In this document: one piece after another, positions 13,270 through 25,190 of the stretch
Layout: every line of letters starts with the position of its first letter
Numbering within the stretch: the stretch's first letter is position 1
From: Vicugna vicugna
Taxonomy: Eukaryota
Reading direction: 5' to 3'
Assembly: GCA_013265495.1 (NCBI GenBank)
Contig: MU057880.1
Span: 650,527 to 714,526 of the forward strand
Length of the DNA: 64,000 nt
Position numbers and translations under genes: made by a program
The notes under the pieces: model-generated
Databases searched by the model: none
What the model was told of the DNA's origin: nothing
Seen by the model: the letters and a program-made list of their open reading frames with translations, nothing else

Positions 13270-13660
13270 GAAATTCATTTTAGCCAAAAGGTAATGAGCC
13301 TTAATTACACTGAGTGAAAAAAAAAAAAAGCCGATCCAAAAGGTCAAACACTGTGATTGCATTTATACAACATTCTTGAAATGACAAAAGTATAGCAACG
13401 GAGAACAGATGCGTCCTTGCCAGAGGGAGGGTTGGGGAGTGAGTGTGGTTATAAAAGGTAACAAGAGGCATTCCTGCGGTGGTGGAATCCTGCATGTAGG
13501 TAGGCCATAGTATCACCGCCAGCATCCCGGTTGTGACACGACACTCCAGTTTTACAAGGTACCCATAATGGGGAAAAGGGGGTAAGGGGTACACAGGAGC
13601 TCTGCGTTAGTAATTACAACTGCATGTGAATCTACAATTGTCTCAAACAAAAAAAAAATT
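13270..13660 (+). mobile_element. Old L1 (L1MD/L1MC-type) 3' end
   Basis: attacactgagtgaaaaaa...cattcttgaaatgacaaaag...caactgcatgtgaatctacaatt followed by an A-tail. Confidence 0.8.
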
Positions 13661-14278
13661 TTTTTTAAAGATAATGAGTTTCAACTCTAGACTGAATATT
13701 CCGCAGGATAAGATAATCAGCACTGTGCCCCAGCCCCTCAGACCCATTGGCTGCTAGTTGGCTGCTGGGGAAGTTACTATCAGGCCTTCCGGGAGCAACT
13801 GGCTTACGGCTAACCTTTAGGGTCTCTCCTTCCCTGGTTAGCTTTTCTGTTGCGGAGGAACAAATACTGCAGGCCAGGGAAGGACAGAAGGGGCCACGGG
13901 CCAATAAGGGTGGGCTGGTCAACTGAGCCACCAGCAGTGAACAGCATCCCAGTGTCAGTTCTCATCTCGAGTTATTTGGCTCATATTAAACAGCTGAGAA
14001 GTTCTAAACCTTCACAATCTACAACTTCCAATTCATAGAAGGCAAGCCATGAGAACTGTAGTGGGAGGAAAGGGGGCTTTAGTTCCAATGACGAAACAAG
14101 GTTCTCGTTCAAGTCACACCAACTCCTTCAAAACACTTTTTATTGCTTAATGGGCATGAAAGCATACAAATGGTGCCAAGAGAATTTAAAATGCAAGGAC
14201 TAAACCTCTCGCTCCACAAAAGCTAACCCCCCACCATCACACCAATTGACTGAAGAAGTAAATACCTGAACACAGCAA

Positions 14279-14279
<1 letters not shown>

Positions 14280-14316
<37 letters not shown>
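14280..14316. repeat. (CA)n microsatellite
   Basis: Directly visible. Confidence 0.98.
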
Positions 14317-14320
<4 letters not shown>

Positions 14321-16004
14321 GAAACGGCACAGCAGTTCAGCAAGTGCTGGTTAATTAGCATGTGAGACCAGAGATGATGGTTGTTGGTTTTTTTTCCTGA
14401 AAAGATAAAAATCCTAACAGTGAATATAACATGGCCGTCAGCGCACTTCCCCCCACCCAGGCTGATATCACCGATAATGTGTTTTTACTCACTATATATA
14501 TTCGAGCCTGACAAAGCTGCGCAAGACCAATTATGTCTACTAAAAATTGCTTCTCCTTCCTAATTTCAACGTTAATTCATCTATCTAACCAAAAAATGGT
14601 GTGGGGGGGTAGTAAGGAACGGTCCCCACAGACTTGCTACAGTTGTCACCTTGGGCCAACTCAAGTCAACTGTAACCTTAAACTCAGGTGTTTCTCAACT
14701 CTTCCGAAGGATGGAACGTCTAGAAATCACATTATCATTACAGACATACAAAAATACTAATGTGTTTAGCAGAATGATATGATAAATTAGACACTGCATA
14801 TTAGATTCCAGAATGTACATGTAGAAGACATCAAAGTTTAAGGGAAAATAATGTGATTTTTAAAAAAATCTTAAAAATCAAGACAATTACATTTGACCGC
14901 TTGGGTTTTCTTCCTGTGAGCTGAGTGTCCGTCATTGTCATGTGCCACGAGCAGGCTGCACTGGCGTACTCGTGTGCCCAGTGTGATACACGAGCAGCTG
15001 GTGGACACGTGCACACAGCGGACTCTACCGTGTCACTGGGGCTCCCAACCACCCAGCCCTGAAGGCCAGACCTCTATACACTCTCCTCAGACCACAAGCG
15101 TCTACACCACATGCAGTCATCTTCCATCCACCTCTCATCCCTTGGGCTCCAGGTACCCTGAACAAAGGCCCACCTGTGTTTCCTCACAACCACATGTGCT
15201 ACCCAACATGACAATGGGTTTGTCTGGACTATCCTTCATTTCCTCCTGTCCTCCGGCAGCGTGAGTTCCTGCTCCCCTAAGGTGCAACACACACTCATGC
15301 CCTAAGACTTAACACGCCTCTCTTCAGTGCTGGCACGGGACAGCTGTCACAGCACTAATGAATCACATCCCACTCAAGGACACAATAGACTGGGGAGTGG
15401 CTTGAGGGACCGACGTCTCATTTCATCCATGAATTCCCAAGCCCTGCTAAGTAACAGGCACTGCATTAGAACGCGATACCGTAAGAGCTAACGTTAGGTG
15501 CTGCACTCAGCGGTAAACGGACTTCCTTCCACTCAATCCACAAGATAACCTCAGAAAGCTATAATCTACATTTTACAGATGAGAAAAGCTGTTACCAAAA
15601 ATGGGTGAGGGGAGGGCACAGCCCCTAAAATACAGATTATCAAGGAACTAACACCTGCGTCCACATTTCCATACCTCTTTACGCTCATCTCAATCACAGT
15701 TGAGGTCATTCCAACTCCCTTTCGCTCCCTATAAAACTTACAAAATAAGTAACAAAGCTAAAAGAAAGAGTAAGTTTTCAAATGAGTCAAGAAAACATAG
15801 TCCACCTTTTTAAAAGGTTATTATATCTGTATTTCAAATAGTTAATTTATGTCTAGGTATATACTCCTATTTATTTATATAATATTACTATATTTGTGTG
15901 ATTTGAATTTCAAACATCACCGAAGGCAGACTTTACTGTGATCGTTTAACTCCCCCCAGAATCCACCTGGATAAACTTTTTTCAGGCCAGCTGTAATTTT
16001 TTTA

Positions 16005-16107
16005 GGAGGGTGGGTACAGCTCAGTGGTAGAGCATATACTTAGAATGCATGAGGTCCTGGGTTCAATCCCCAGTACCTCCATTTAAAAAAAAGAAAGAAA
16101 AGAAAAA
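16005..16107 (+). mobile_element. tRNA-Ala-derived SINE (short form)
   Basis: gggtacagctcagtggtagagc...gaggtcctgggttcaatccccagtacctcca followed by an A-tail. Confidence 0.92.
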
Positions 16108-19100
16108 CTCATTCACACATAGTAATTTTTTTTTAAGAAAGAAACATTGTGAGTTTTCTTACAAAGCTATGAAGCAAAGAATTTCCGATTCCAAGAACAG
16201 AGCTTTGGGGTGATAGTGTATTGTCCACACCCCACCCCTTCTTTTTAAATACTGAGACACAATAAATAAAATAAAGTGATAGGAGGTTACAGATAGTTTT
16301 GTTTTTATTTTATGTCCTACTCGAGAGGAAAAAACTGCAATGAGTTGGCAACCAGGTAGTCCTCTTCCTTTTTTTAATTTTTTGAGTGTTCTGTGAAATC
16401 TGAAGGGCTGTGTTAAGCCAGCCTCCACACAGCACTGCAGCTGGAGAGATTCACTCTGAACCTCGGCCAAGCTATGCAAAGCTAATTATGGAACTGTTAA
16501 TTAATAAATGTTTAAAAGGTTATCTGAAGGCAACTAAGTTTCCACCAACATTGCAAAGGAGTGTTAATAATTTTTATCATAAATTTAAGTCCTCACATGT
16601 TCAAAGCCTCATGCTAATAGAGTTTGAAAAAAAATTTTTTCAGTAATAAGTGTGCATTTGTTTAACCTACAAATTCAGATTATCATTGTTATGAAACCTA
16701 AATGCTTGTAGCCAAACAGGCATTACTCTGGAAAGACACGCTTTCCAAAACTGCACCCAGATTATTCAGTTGTGTTTTATGAACAAAAACTACTTAAGAA
16801 ACAAATATTTATTACTAGAGCCCCAAAATGAGCCAAAGTACAAAGTATAAACTGTCAAAATATGAAACTGCTCATAAATAATGATAAAAAAGAAATGGAA
16901 AATTTTACTGTAATAGACACAATTCTTCCATTAGATTTGAAAGTTAAATTTTCACCAGAGTTACTCTTTTGTGCAGATTCTCATAATTTAAAGTTCTCTG
17001 GGCTAAAGGTACTTTTTCAGCCCTCTGGTTATGATTCAAGATGTACTGTACTGAGTGACTTGCAAATTAAGTCTTATGCTGTTATGAGCTCTCCCATGAC
17101 AAATTCACGAATTAGTGACTAAATCAAAAGGTGTAATAGCCAAAAAAAAAAAAAAAAAAAGTTTTCCAACAGTGAAAAACAAAGTTAACAAATTATTAAC
17201 TAGGAAGGGACGAGGTGGGAGGTGTTTTACACAAGCCATTTTAAAAAGTAACTTTTACAACTAGCTAAAAACACATCATGTTAGATCTTAAAAGTAGAAG
17301 AAACAATTCTGCAATAGATGTTTCACCTGAAAAACTAAAAACGGGCGATTAAACACTCTACATTAGCAATCTGAAAGGGTTTGAACTCAAGAAGTTAATA
17401 AAATGGTTTAGACAAATCATTTTATTGTTTAAAGCCTTGGGGGAGAAGCTGTTTATAATTTATTTACGTCTTTTACTTCACTAAATTGCGTAGGTGACCA
17501 AGCTTCCCATTTAAGTGATTAAAGACAAACCCAAATAGTTTATTTAATAAAGCAATTACTTAAGAGTCCTGTTTTTCAACAGAGGTGCACTGAAATACAT
17601 CAATAGAACATTTAGTGTTCCTTATTTTCCAGGAGGTTTGTTATCAGGAATACAGTGCCCCACTGACTAGAACTTAGCCACTTTTCAGACACACCATATG
17701 GGACACACATTGGATCAAAGACGGCTTTCTTCCTCCTCTCTGAGGATCAGGTGAGTGACAGCCCCTTAAAGCTGAGTATGTGAGATCTGCCTAAAACTTC
17801 GGGTGACAATTTTTGTTGTTGTTTCTCCTTACTATTCCCTGTCTAGTGACATACCTAAATAAATGGGAAAATGGGTTCCCACTGGGCATGAAAAGCTCCC
17901 TAATTTTATAATAATTTTCTAAGTCCCTGTGTTTACAGAGTCTCTCCTCACACCCAGATTCTCTTCCAGCTAACTCCTTAGGTTACAATAGCGACATCAC
18001 GAATACTTCTAGACAGTTGACTGACCTAGTACAAAAGTATGTCTTCACAGTTTGGGAGAGAAACTGGGTTGGTGGGGTTTAAAAAAAAAAAGAAAAAGAA
18101 TTCAACAGCAACACCACAAAAATCAATTTTCCTCTCTTTTTTTAAAGTACCTTTCTTCTGCCTGTCGTGAGAATCACACAAACACCTCTACCAAGGCTAT
18201 TCTGAGAAATAGAAGCACGACAGCAAAACTTTCCTAATTCATATCCTTCTGTTCGTATCAAGTTTATATAATAAGTTTGCTTTTCTATTACAAAATCCTA
18301 ACTCGAGCACCCATGAGAAATCATAGTACAGAAAAACTTCCAACTCTTGCCTTCACAAAGCACTCAGTATCAAAAGCACCTTGTACCAAAACATTTTTTA
18401 CTTTTGAGCAAATTTCAAACTTTTAGAAGATTAACAAGCCAGTAAAGATGGAAAACACATTTCAACTACATTTCACATTTCCAACTACTTTCTCTCTCTA
18501 AAATAATAATAAGTAATCACCAAGTGAGCGTCAAAGTTAGCAGTATGGACACTTAACGAATGTTCAAAACGTTTGGTAAGTTTCCCTGCGTTTACTTTTT
18601 CTATGAAGGTGTGGTGGGGGGAACATATTGCTTTCAGATGGTCCCTGAAGCTTTCACGTTGTGGGGTTAGTAGTCACTGGCCAAGCTCTATGCTGGGCCG
18701 GTTTTTACTCCATTCTCCACAACTGGCACGGGAACAGGAAAGTTTAACAGTTCACTTCTCGGGCACAATCCACTCGCTGTCACAGTGGAGGTTTTGTCTC
18801 TTCCAGTTTTGTTTGGTGACCCCCCCCTTTCCACCCACTTGATAGTAGGTTTCACGTCACTGCTATTCTAATCAGCCAGCCAAAGACACCATTTCGCCTC
18901 TCTCTAATTTCCACGAAAGGCCTCTGACATCATTTTCTGACCAGCCTGGCTAGGTTCTAATATTCTCAGCATGTATGATTTCACTTGGCACTTCAAACAC
19001 TGGAAGGTATTGAAATATTTCGCTGAAATTTGCTTTTCCACCACACTGTGACCGGGAACGTGCATTTTCAGATACACAAGACTGATTCCACTGACAAGTG

Positions 19101-20438
19101 TAAAACAAACAGCAGATGAAGAAGGCACAGCAGAGGCAGGGCAACAAGGTCAAAACAGGACATTCTTTGTTTTTGACAAAACAATACTGCAGAAAAGGAA
19201 TTTTCTGGAGTCACTGTGAAATGAATTTTCTTGTAAAACTATCACCCATCTTCCACACGTTTGGTAAATATGTGCAATCTACCCATCATCCCCAGATGTG
19301 ATGGCTCTGCCAGAAAAAAAAATCAAGAATCAAAAACGGTACCAGGTGCCACTCCTGGGCCTTGTCCAAAGACAGACAGTGGAAGATGCTATGTTATTCT
19401 GTTCTCCCTGCATTAAATAATAACAATCAACGTCAGAGAAGCAGAGCATTTGGATGTGAACAGATGGCATCTAACACCTAACAAGCAAAGCAACTCTTTC
19501 AAGCACTAGATCCTAAATGTCTGATGGTCCCAAGGATCAGGAGGGCTTATTTGTCTTAAGACGGTTGGCAGCGGGATGCCCTGGAGTCACTATCCCCACG
19601 CTTAGGAACGTGCGTCATTATCCAGCCAGCCACTAAAAGCAAAAAAGTAAAATAAAATAAAACCACCACATTTTTGTAAAATTTCCCCCTTCAAGTCCAA
19701 CTTCAGACGATCAAATCCAAAACCATCAGCAATTCCTCCACTTCAAGCAAGGGAAAAAATAAGCCTGAAGGTAAACGAACGCATAAAATTAACAAACTTA
19801 TCTAATTTTGACGGGGTTGTGCAACAGCGAAAGAATCCGCAGGGTGCCCTTCCCGGGGGTGTATCTGAATCTGTCTGCTCTGCAGTTGCCTGCGATTGAA
19901 ACTAAACCCAAGAACCGAGCGGTTCAACTTTTCCCCCTCTTCGTTAGAAAGCATCAGCCCTTTCTCCAAAAAGCAAAATAGCAAATATACCAACATCTCA
20001 ACGCTGTATGCCGAAGGCCACCACGGATCTGTCTTTGGTAGAAGCCCTGCAAGTTTCCTCCTCTACCTCTGCGGACACCAGGGAACTCTGGAAGGTGGAC
20101 GGGGCCGCAAGCACTGGGTAGGGAGCCTGCGACCAGGCTGGCAGGAGGGGCCGGCCAGGGGAGGTGACCACCCTCTCCCCACCAGAGGCTCACAGGCCCG
20201 ACGCTTGGCTAGAATTGGGGATGCTCGAAGGAGACTTTTCTCCTCCGCGGTGGGAAGGTCAGCTGCGGCGAAAAGAAGATCTCGGAGAGGGGACCGTAAG
20301 GCCAGGATGGACAGGGGAGAAGACGCCGCGATGGGATGCCATAGGAAGTTGGGCTCCTGATGAGGAGCGGGCGCGCGGGGCGCACCGCGCGGCGGGGCGG
20401 GGGGGGCGCGGGGAGGGCGCGGCCGGCGCGGGGCTCAC

Positions 20439-20507
20439 CTGGGGGGTGCTCTCGGCCGGGTTCTTCATCACCGCCTGGCGGAAGCTGTTATCCACGTAGG
20501 ACGCCAT
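20439..20507 (-). CDS. RAPGEF2: First coding exon of the long isoform of Rap guanine nucleotide exchange factor 2 (PDZ-GEF1)
   Basis: The minus strand reads gagATGgcg... and encodes MASYVDNSFRQAVMKNPAESTPQ (69 nt, 23 codons), followed directly by a CAG|GTGAGC phase-0 donor. This matches the N-terminus I recall for long RAPGEF2 isoforms (MASYVDNSFRQAVMKNPPERTPQ|DLEIVYSY...). It lies in a CpG island with good Kozak context. Confidence 0.92.
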
Positions 20508-21049
20508 CTCCCCCCGCGGCCCGGGCCGGGGCCGCTTCGCGCCCTCGGCCGCCTCACGAGGGTCCCAGCGGCGCCCGACGCTCCCCGCTTCCTCTGCGCC
20601 GCTCAGCCGGGCAAGCGCCCTCCGGGCTCGGGTCGACACGCCTCCCCGGCTCCCCTCGGGGCAGGCGGCGGCTCCTCCCGGCCCCGGCGGGCCTGAGCTA
20701 TTTTTAGGGAGCTTCGAGTGACGGGGAGGGGGAGGCTGCGGGCGCTCTGGCCTCCTTGCCCTCTTCTCGGGGCTCCGGGCGGCACTCGGGCGCCGCGGCC
20801 GCCGTCGGAGGACGCTCAGGTCCGGGCGCTGCCCAGCCGCGGGGCCTCGGCCGCCGTCCGCGCCGCGCCGGAAACTTTGTTCCCGGTCTGCGCGGGGCGT
20901 GGGAGGGAAGGGGCCGCGGGCGGCCGGCTCCGGACTCCCAGCAGCGGGCGTCGCGCACAGCCCCCCGGAGAGTGTTTGGGAAGCGGCGACTCCCCTCCTC
21001 TTCCCCGCCTCTTCCTCCTCCTGCGCCTCGGCGGCCGCCCCGCCGCTCC

Positions 21050-21097
21050 TCAGGGAGGAAGCGGCCTCCGGGGCCGGTCGCTTTGTGCTGCAACCAT
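21050..21097 (-). CDS. Candidate 15-aa uORF (MVAAQSDRPRRPLPP) in the RAPGEF2 leader
   Basis: ACCATGG optimal Kozak context, 16 codons to TGA. It is a uORF only if the transcription start lies upstream of 21097. Confidence 0.35.
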   Translation of the reverse strand: MVAAQSDRPRRPLPP

Positions 21098-21195
21098 GGT
21101 GAAGGGTGAGTGACAGGCCGGCGGCCAGTCGGCGCGCGCCGCGTCGGCGGGGGCGGGGCGTCCCGGGGCCGGTCCCCGCCCCCGGCGCCCCCCCG

Positions 21196-21227
21196 NNNNN
21201 NNNNNNNNNNNNNNNNNNNNNNNNNNN
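21196..21227. other. Assembly gap (32 N)
   Basis: Run of N inside the GC-richest part of the CpG island. Confidence 1.
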
Positions 21228-22569
21228 CGCCCGCCGGCCGCGCCCCGGGCACCGGGGCCGCACCTTCCGCGGCGGCGCCCAGGTGAGCCGCGAGCCAGGG
21301 CCGTCGAGGAGGGTTGCAGCGCCCCCGGCCGGAGCGGCTGGGGCCCCGCACCGCCTGGCCTGGAGGAGGCGGCATCCTGGCGCCCGGGCGGAAGGCGCAG
21401 GGCTCTCCGCTCCCCGCTCCCCGCTCCCCACCCCTTCCCCAGCGCGCGCCGCGCCCCCTGCCCACAGCCCACGCCGGGCCCCGGGGGACCCTGCAGCGTC
21501 GCGTCGCCTCGCCTCGCCAGACTCCTCCTGGCGCCAGGCCTCGGCCGCCGGGGCTGCAAGTTGACCCGGAACAGAGGTCCGGCCCGCAGCTTGAGCCGCA
21601 CTGGGCATTCTTTTGGAACCCAGGGTGGGTCCCAAGATGCTTCAGAAGCGAGAAATCCTCTAAGGATGAATTTTGCCTATTTGTAACTTGCCGCAGGGAA
21701 AACATTCCTCTCCTGCGTTCCGTGCACATCCGGCACCTCCAGACACTTAAATGAGCACGAAACGAAGGAGATGGAAATGTGCCAGTTTCAACACTAGACC
21801 AAATACCACCCTTGGACAGGCAGATAGTCCAGATTTAAAGGTGGTCGGTCTTCTGCGCGAGACCTGGACAGCAAGTTCTGTGACATCATCAGAAACACAG
21901 GCAGATGTGGTTTCGCGTTGGGCATAACAAACCTCCAGACCCCACATCCAAGCTGGACTCACGTGGTGCGGGGAACGCTAGGACGTAGCCCTTTAAAATG
22001 TCACCGCTCCTCCCCCTCCCTCTCTGAGCCGGGTCGAGGTGTGTAAGGACAGCCAAGCAGCGGGAACCGCTCTGGTGTTCTGGTCCTAGGGGCTTACTTT
22101 TATCTGCTTCCCCTTGCCCCGTCTCCAACAAGTTCATGTTTGTTGTCTGTATCCAGCCATACTTAGGGGAGGATTGTTACTTGTATGACCTACTACGTGG
22201 AACTTTTTTCAGATTTCCGAACGTACTTTTTCAACATCTAGTTTGGTTTAAACACTTGGGATAGGTTATGAACAATGATTTTAGAGTCTGCAAATCACCT
22301 GTATTAAACAGAGTGTGTGGCTTCCACAAGACAGGACTGTCCCTGCCCAAATTTATGAAACTGAATCTGAGTTACAAATTGTATCTCTAGACCCTTTCTA
22401 TTACCCTTGCTCATACTGCTTCCCAGTATTTCTCTTGCACCCTTTAGCTGAGGCCCAGCATCAAATTCTTGATGGCGTAGACCATCACCTTGAAAACAAA
22501 GGAGCATGGGTATCATTACAACTCTGCGTAGAGAGAGAAGGAAAATCAAATCCAACGAAGTGAGAAAAT

Positions 22570-23515
22570 ATACCTGACATCTCCGTCTGGTGTCTGGTAA
22601 ACATCTCAGAATTAACATGTGCAGACCAGGCTCCAGATCTCCTGCCCCAAACGTGTGCCACACACAGCCTTCCCCATTCAAATTAATGTCATCTACACCT
22701 CATCACCCCTTGCCCAAGTGAAAAACCTTGGCATCTTTTCTTGGCTCTTTCTTGTCTCTTACACCCCACAAGTTTTCAGTAAATTTGTCAGCTCAACCTT
22801 CAAAGTACCATAGCTGGAATCTAACCTCTGACCACCACCTCTACTGCCATGACCCTGGTCCAAGTGGGCATCCTCTTTTGCTTGCACTTTGCAATAACCA
22901 CCTCCCTGGCCTCCCTCTTCCTACCCTTGACGCCAGTGGTCTACTTGGAACACAGCAGCCACAGTGAGTCTTTTCTCTCCAGCTGAAGTTACTCCTGTGC
23001 TTTAAAAAAAAAAAAAAATCCATTTGCTCTCCCATTTCATTGAAGGTAAAAGCCCAGGTCTTGATCATGGCCTAGAAGACCTATAGACCTGGTCCTCCCC
23101 GCACACCCCACCTCTTGATCGTTCTGACCTCATCTTCTCCTTCTCTACTCCCTACTCATTTTCTGGGCCACATTGGCCTCCTTGCTGCTTCTGGAATAAG
23201 GAAGTAAACCCCAGTCTCATGGCCTTTCCCTCTGCAGTTCCTCTGCCAGCCCACCAAAAACCAAACCAAATCAAAAGCCAGAATGTTGTTCCCTCCCCTC
23301 CTTCTATCTTGATTCAAACATCACTTTCCCTGTGACTCCACTCACCCTGGTTCTCCTTGTTTTCCTCATCACCATCTAACATAATAAAATAAATTTTTTA
23401 CTTATTTATTTCTTGTTTGTTTCCCTTCACTATAATGTGAGCTTCTGAAGTCGTTAGTCTTTGTTCCTTTTGTTCATTGCTACATCCCCCAAGGTGCTGT
23501 AAATGAATGGATGAC
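22570..23515 (+). mobile_element. L2 3' fragment
   Basis: catctcagaattaacatgtg...aaaaccttggcatc...ggtaaaagcccaggtcttgatcatggcct...aatgaatggatg, the typical L2 body and tail. Confidence 0.8.
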
Positions 23516-23597
23516 TCCAGCATTCCCTTGTGTGTGCATGAGACTGTTACGTCTTCTTACTTGTGCCCCTGATGGGGGAGGGGAGGCGAGGAGATAA

Positions 23598-23860
23598 ACA
23601 ACCTCTCCGAGCCTGTTTTCTGTTCTTTAAAAAGCAGAGAAAAATTGCATGCCCTGAAGATGTGTGAGGATCAGATACAGTGTGCACAAAGTGTCTTGCA
23701 CAGTGCTGGAACCATAGTGTGTGCTCAGCAAATGGGAGTTATTTTTAAGATCGTTCTCATCATCCCAACCCTTTGAGGTTAATGGAACAGTTACTATCAT
23801 CCTGTTTACAGATGCGGAGACTTGAGACTAAAATAGGCTACCTTACTTGCCCTAGTTCCA
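23598..23860. mobile_element. Two adjacent MIR fragments in opposite orientation
   Basis: aacctctccgagcctgttttc...tgtgaggat...cacagtgctggaaccatag (+), then tttacagatgcggagacttgag (-). Confidence 0.65.
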
Positions 23861-25069
23861 AGCCTGCCTTGCAGTTTGGAAGGGTCTGGGGCAAGCTGTC
23901 ATAGAACCAATCATAAATTATTGAAGCCAGAAATGAACTAGAACACGGTGCTGTAGGAGGAACTGCTGGCTTCTGGTGTGAAACTCACACCCAATTTTCT
24001 TCCCATCTCCAATCCAATCCTTACCAGAAAAAGGCTCCCACATTTGAGGACACCCTAGCCCGAGCATCCAAACTACATCATACCCCTCACAAGAGCCGTC
24101 CCCTGCTGATTCCTCCAACCATGTTCCAGCTTTGGATGGTCAGGCCTGGAAGTGGCAAGGCAGTAAGTTCCAGGGTCCAGGGTGTTCAGAGAGCATGGAA
24201 CTCCTTGTCCCAAGGGGAGGGTGAAGCCAGAGCTGGGCCCTCCAGAGCCTGGGCAGCAGGCAGGCACTCCTCACCCAGACCTCCCAGCCAGAACATTGTG
24301 AAATGCACATGCAAACCCAGCTCTTTTTTTTTTCTTTTTTTTTTTTCTGAATGCCCTCCTGTGATACTAAATCGCACCAGTGACCTCAGGAGGAGGGGTA
24401 ATAACAATGTCTTATCCGCCAACAGAATGACTCACTCCCTGTCAATTGCTAAGCTATCATTTAATTTCAATTAAAGTCAATTTTGCCACTATTTATAATC
24501 TACTTATCTAAGTATGTCAGTAATGCTTATCGCCATTGAGTATCTAGGACACCTGATACCTGGCACGCATTGCTGTTTTATTAACATTTGACCATGAACA
24601 TTTTGCTGTGTGTACCATGGACGACGGAATTAGACACAGATCTGCCAGCTTGCTGATTCGTCTAAACCAAACTGTGTGCATCAACCATAATCAAAGGAAG
24701 CCATCTATTGTGCTGCCTTATAAAGACAGGTATGAAAATGAGAGTTTCCTTGCACCGAATTATCTAGAAAATCATTAGGGGGTAGAAGGAGAGACAGAAC
24801 ACTGGGTGTTAACTTTAGAAATTCATTTCAAGTTCTGCCCTTAATACCATCCTACCTGTAACTTTAAAAAGCCTTGATGATTCCAACAGTAAAATCGAAT
24901 ACATCCCTAAATATATTATGGAGGCTAGGTGTTTAAGGTCATCTTTTAAAGTGAGTAAAATAACTTTTAAAAATTCTTAGGGATCCAGCTATGGCACAAG
25001 GTTAGCGAGTGATACCTCTATATCTATTTATAGAAAGTCACTTTGTTCAAAAAAACACATGAACGTCTA

Positions 25070-25190
25070 CTGTTCAATCAGAATAAATATTTATTGGGCG
25101 CTCTGTGCCAGGTACTGATCTCTGTGCTTTGAGTACCAATGATGGCTAAGACAAACGTGGTCCCTTTCCCAGCCTCGTGGGAGCTTGCTC
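25070..25190 (-). mobile_element. L2 3' end
   Basis: aataaatatttattgggcgctctgtgccaggtactg...gtggtccctttcccagcctcgtgggagctt. Confidence 0.65.

Larger units (their letters stand above)
1..20438 (-). other. RAPGEF2: RAPGEF2 intron 1 (partial, continues past the window start)
   Basis: Lies downstream of the exon-1 donor on the minus strand. I saw no DLEIVYSYLHGME-like exon 2 in the sequence or the ORF track. Confidence 0.8.
20230..21620. promoter_or_regulatory. RAPGEF2: CpG island: main RAPGEF2 promoter and 5' UTR
   Basis: Very GC- and CpG-rich, with multiple GC boxes (e.g. GGGGCGGGGC near 21149-21160). It surrounds the first coding exon. Confidence 0.92.

Noticed and set aside
16005..16081. 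tRNA-Ala-like sequences as true tRNA genes (all copies)
   Set aside because: They carry A-tails, TSDs, stem-breaking substitutions and often altered anticodons, so they are SINEs.
20259..21635. 458-aa minus-strand ORF in frame with the RAPGEF2 ATG (possible N-terminal extension)
   Set aside because: It spans an N gap of uncertain true length and reads through the splice donor. Low-complexity Ala/Gly/Arg/Pro ORFs are expected by chance in very GC-rich DNA. Only 20507-20439 is recognisable.
20360..21754. Other long overlapping ORFs on both strands of the CpG island
   Set aside because: Stop-codon depletion from GC content explains them, and none has a recognisable domain.
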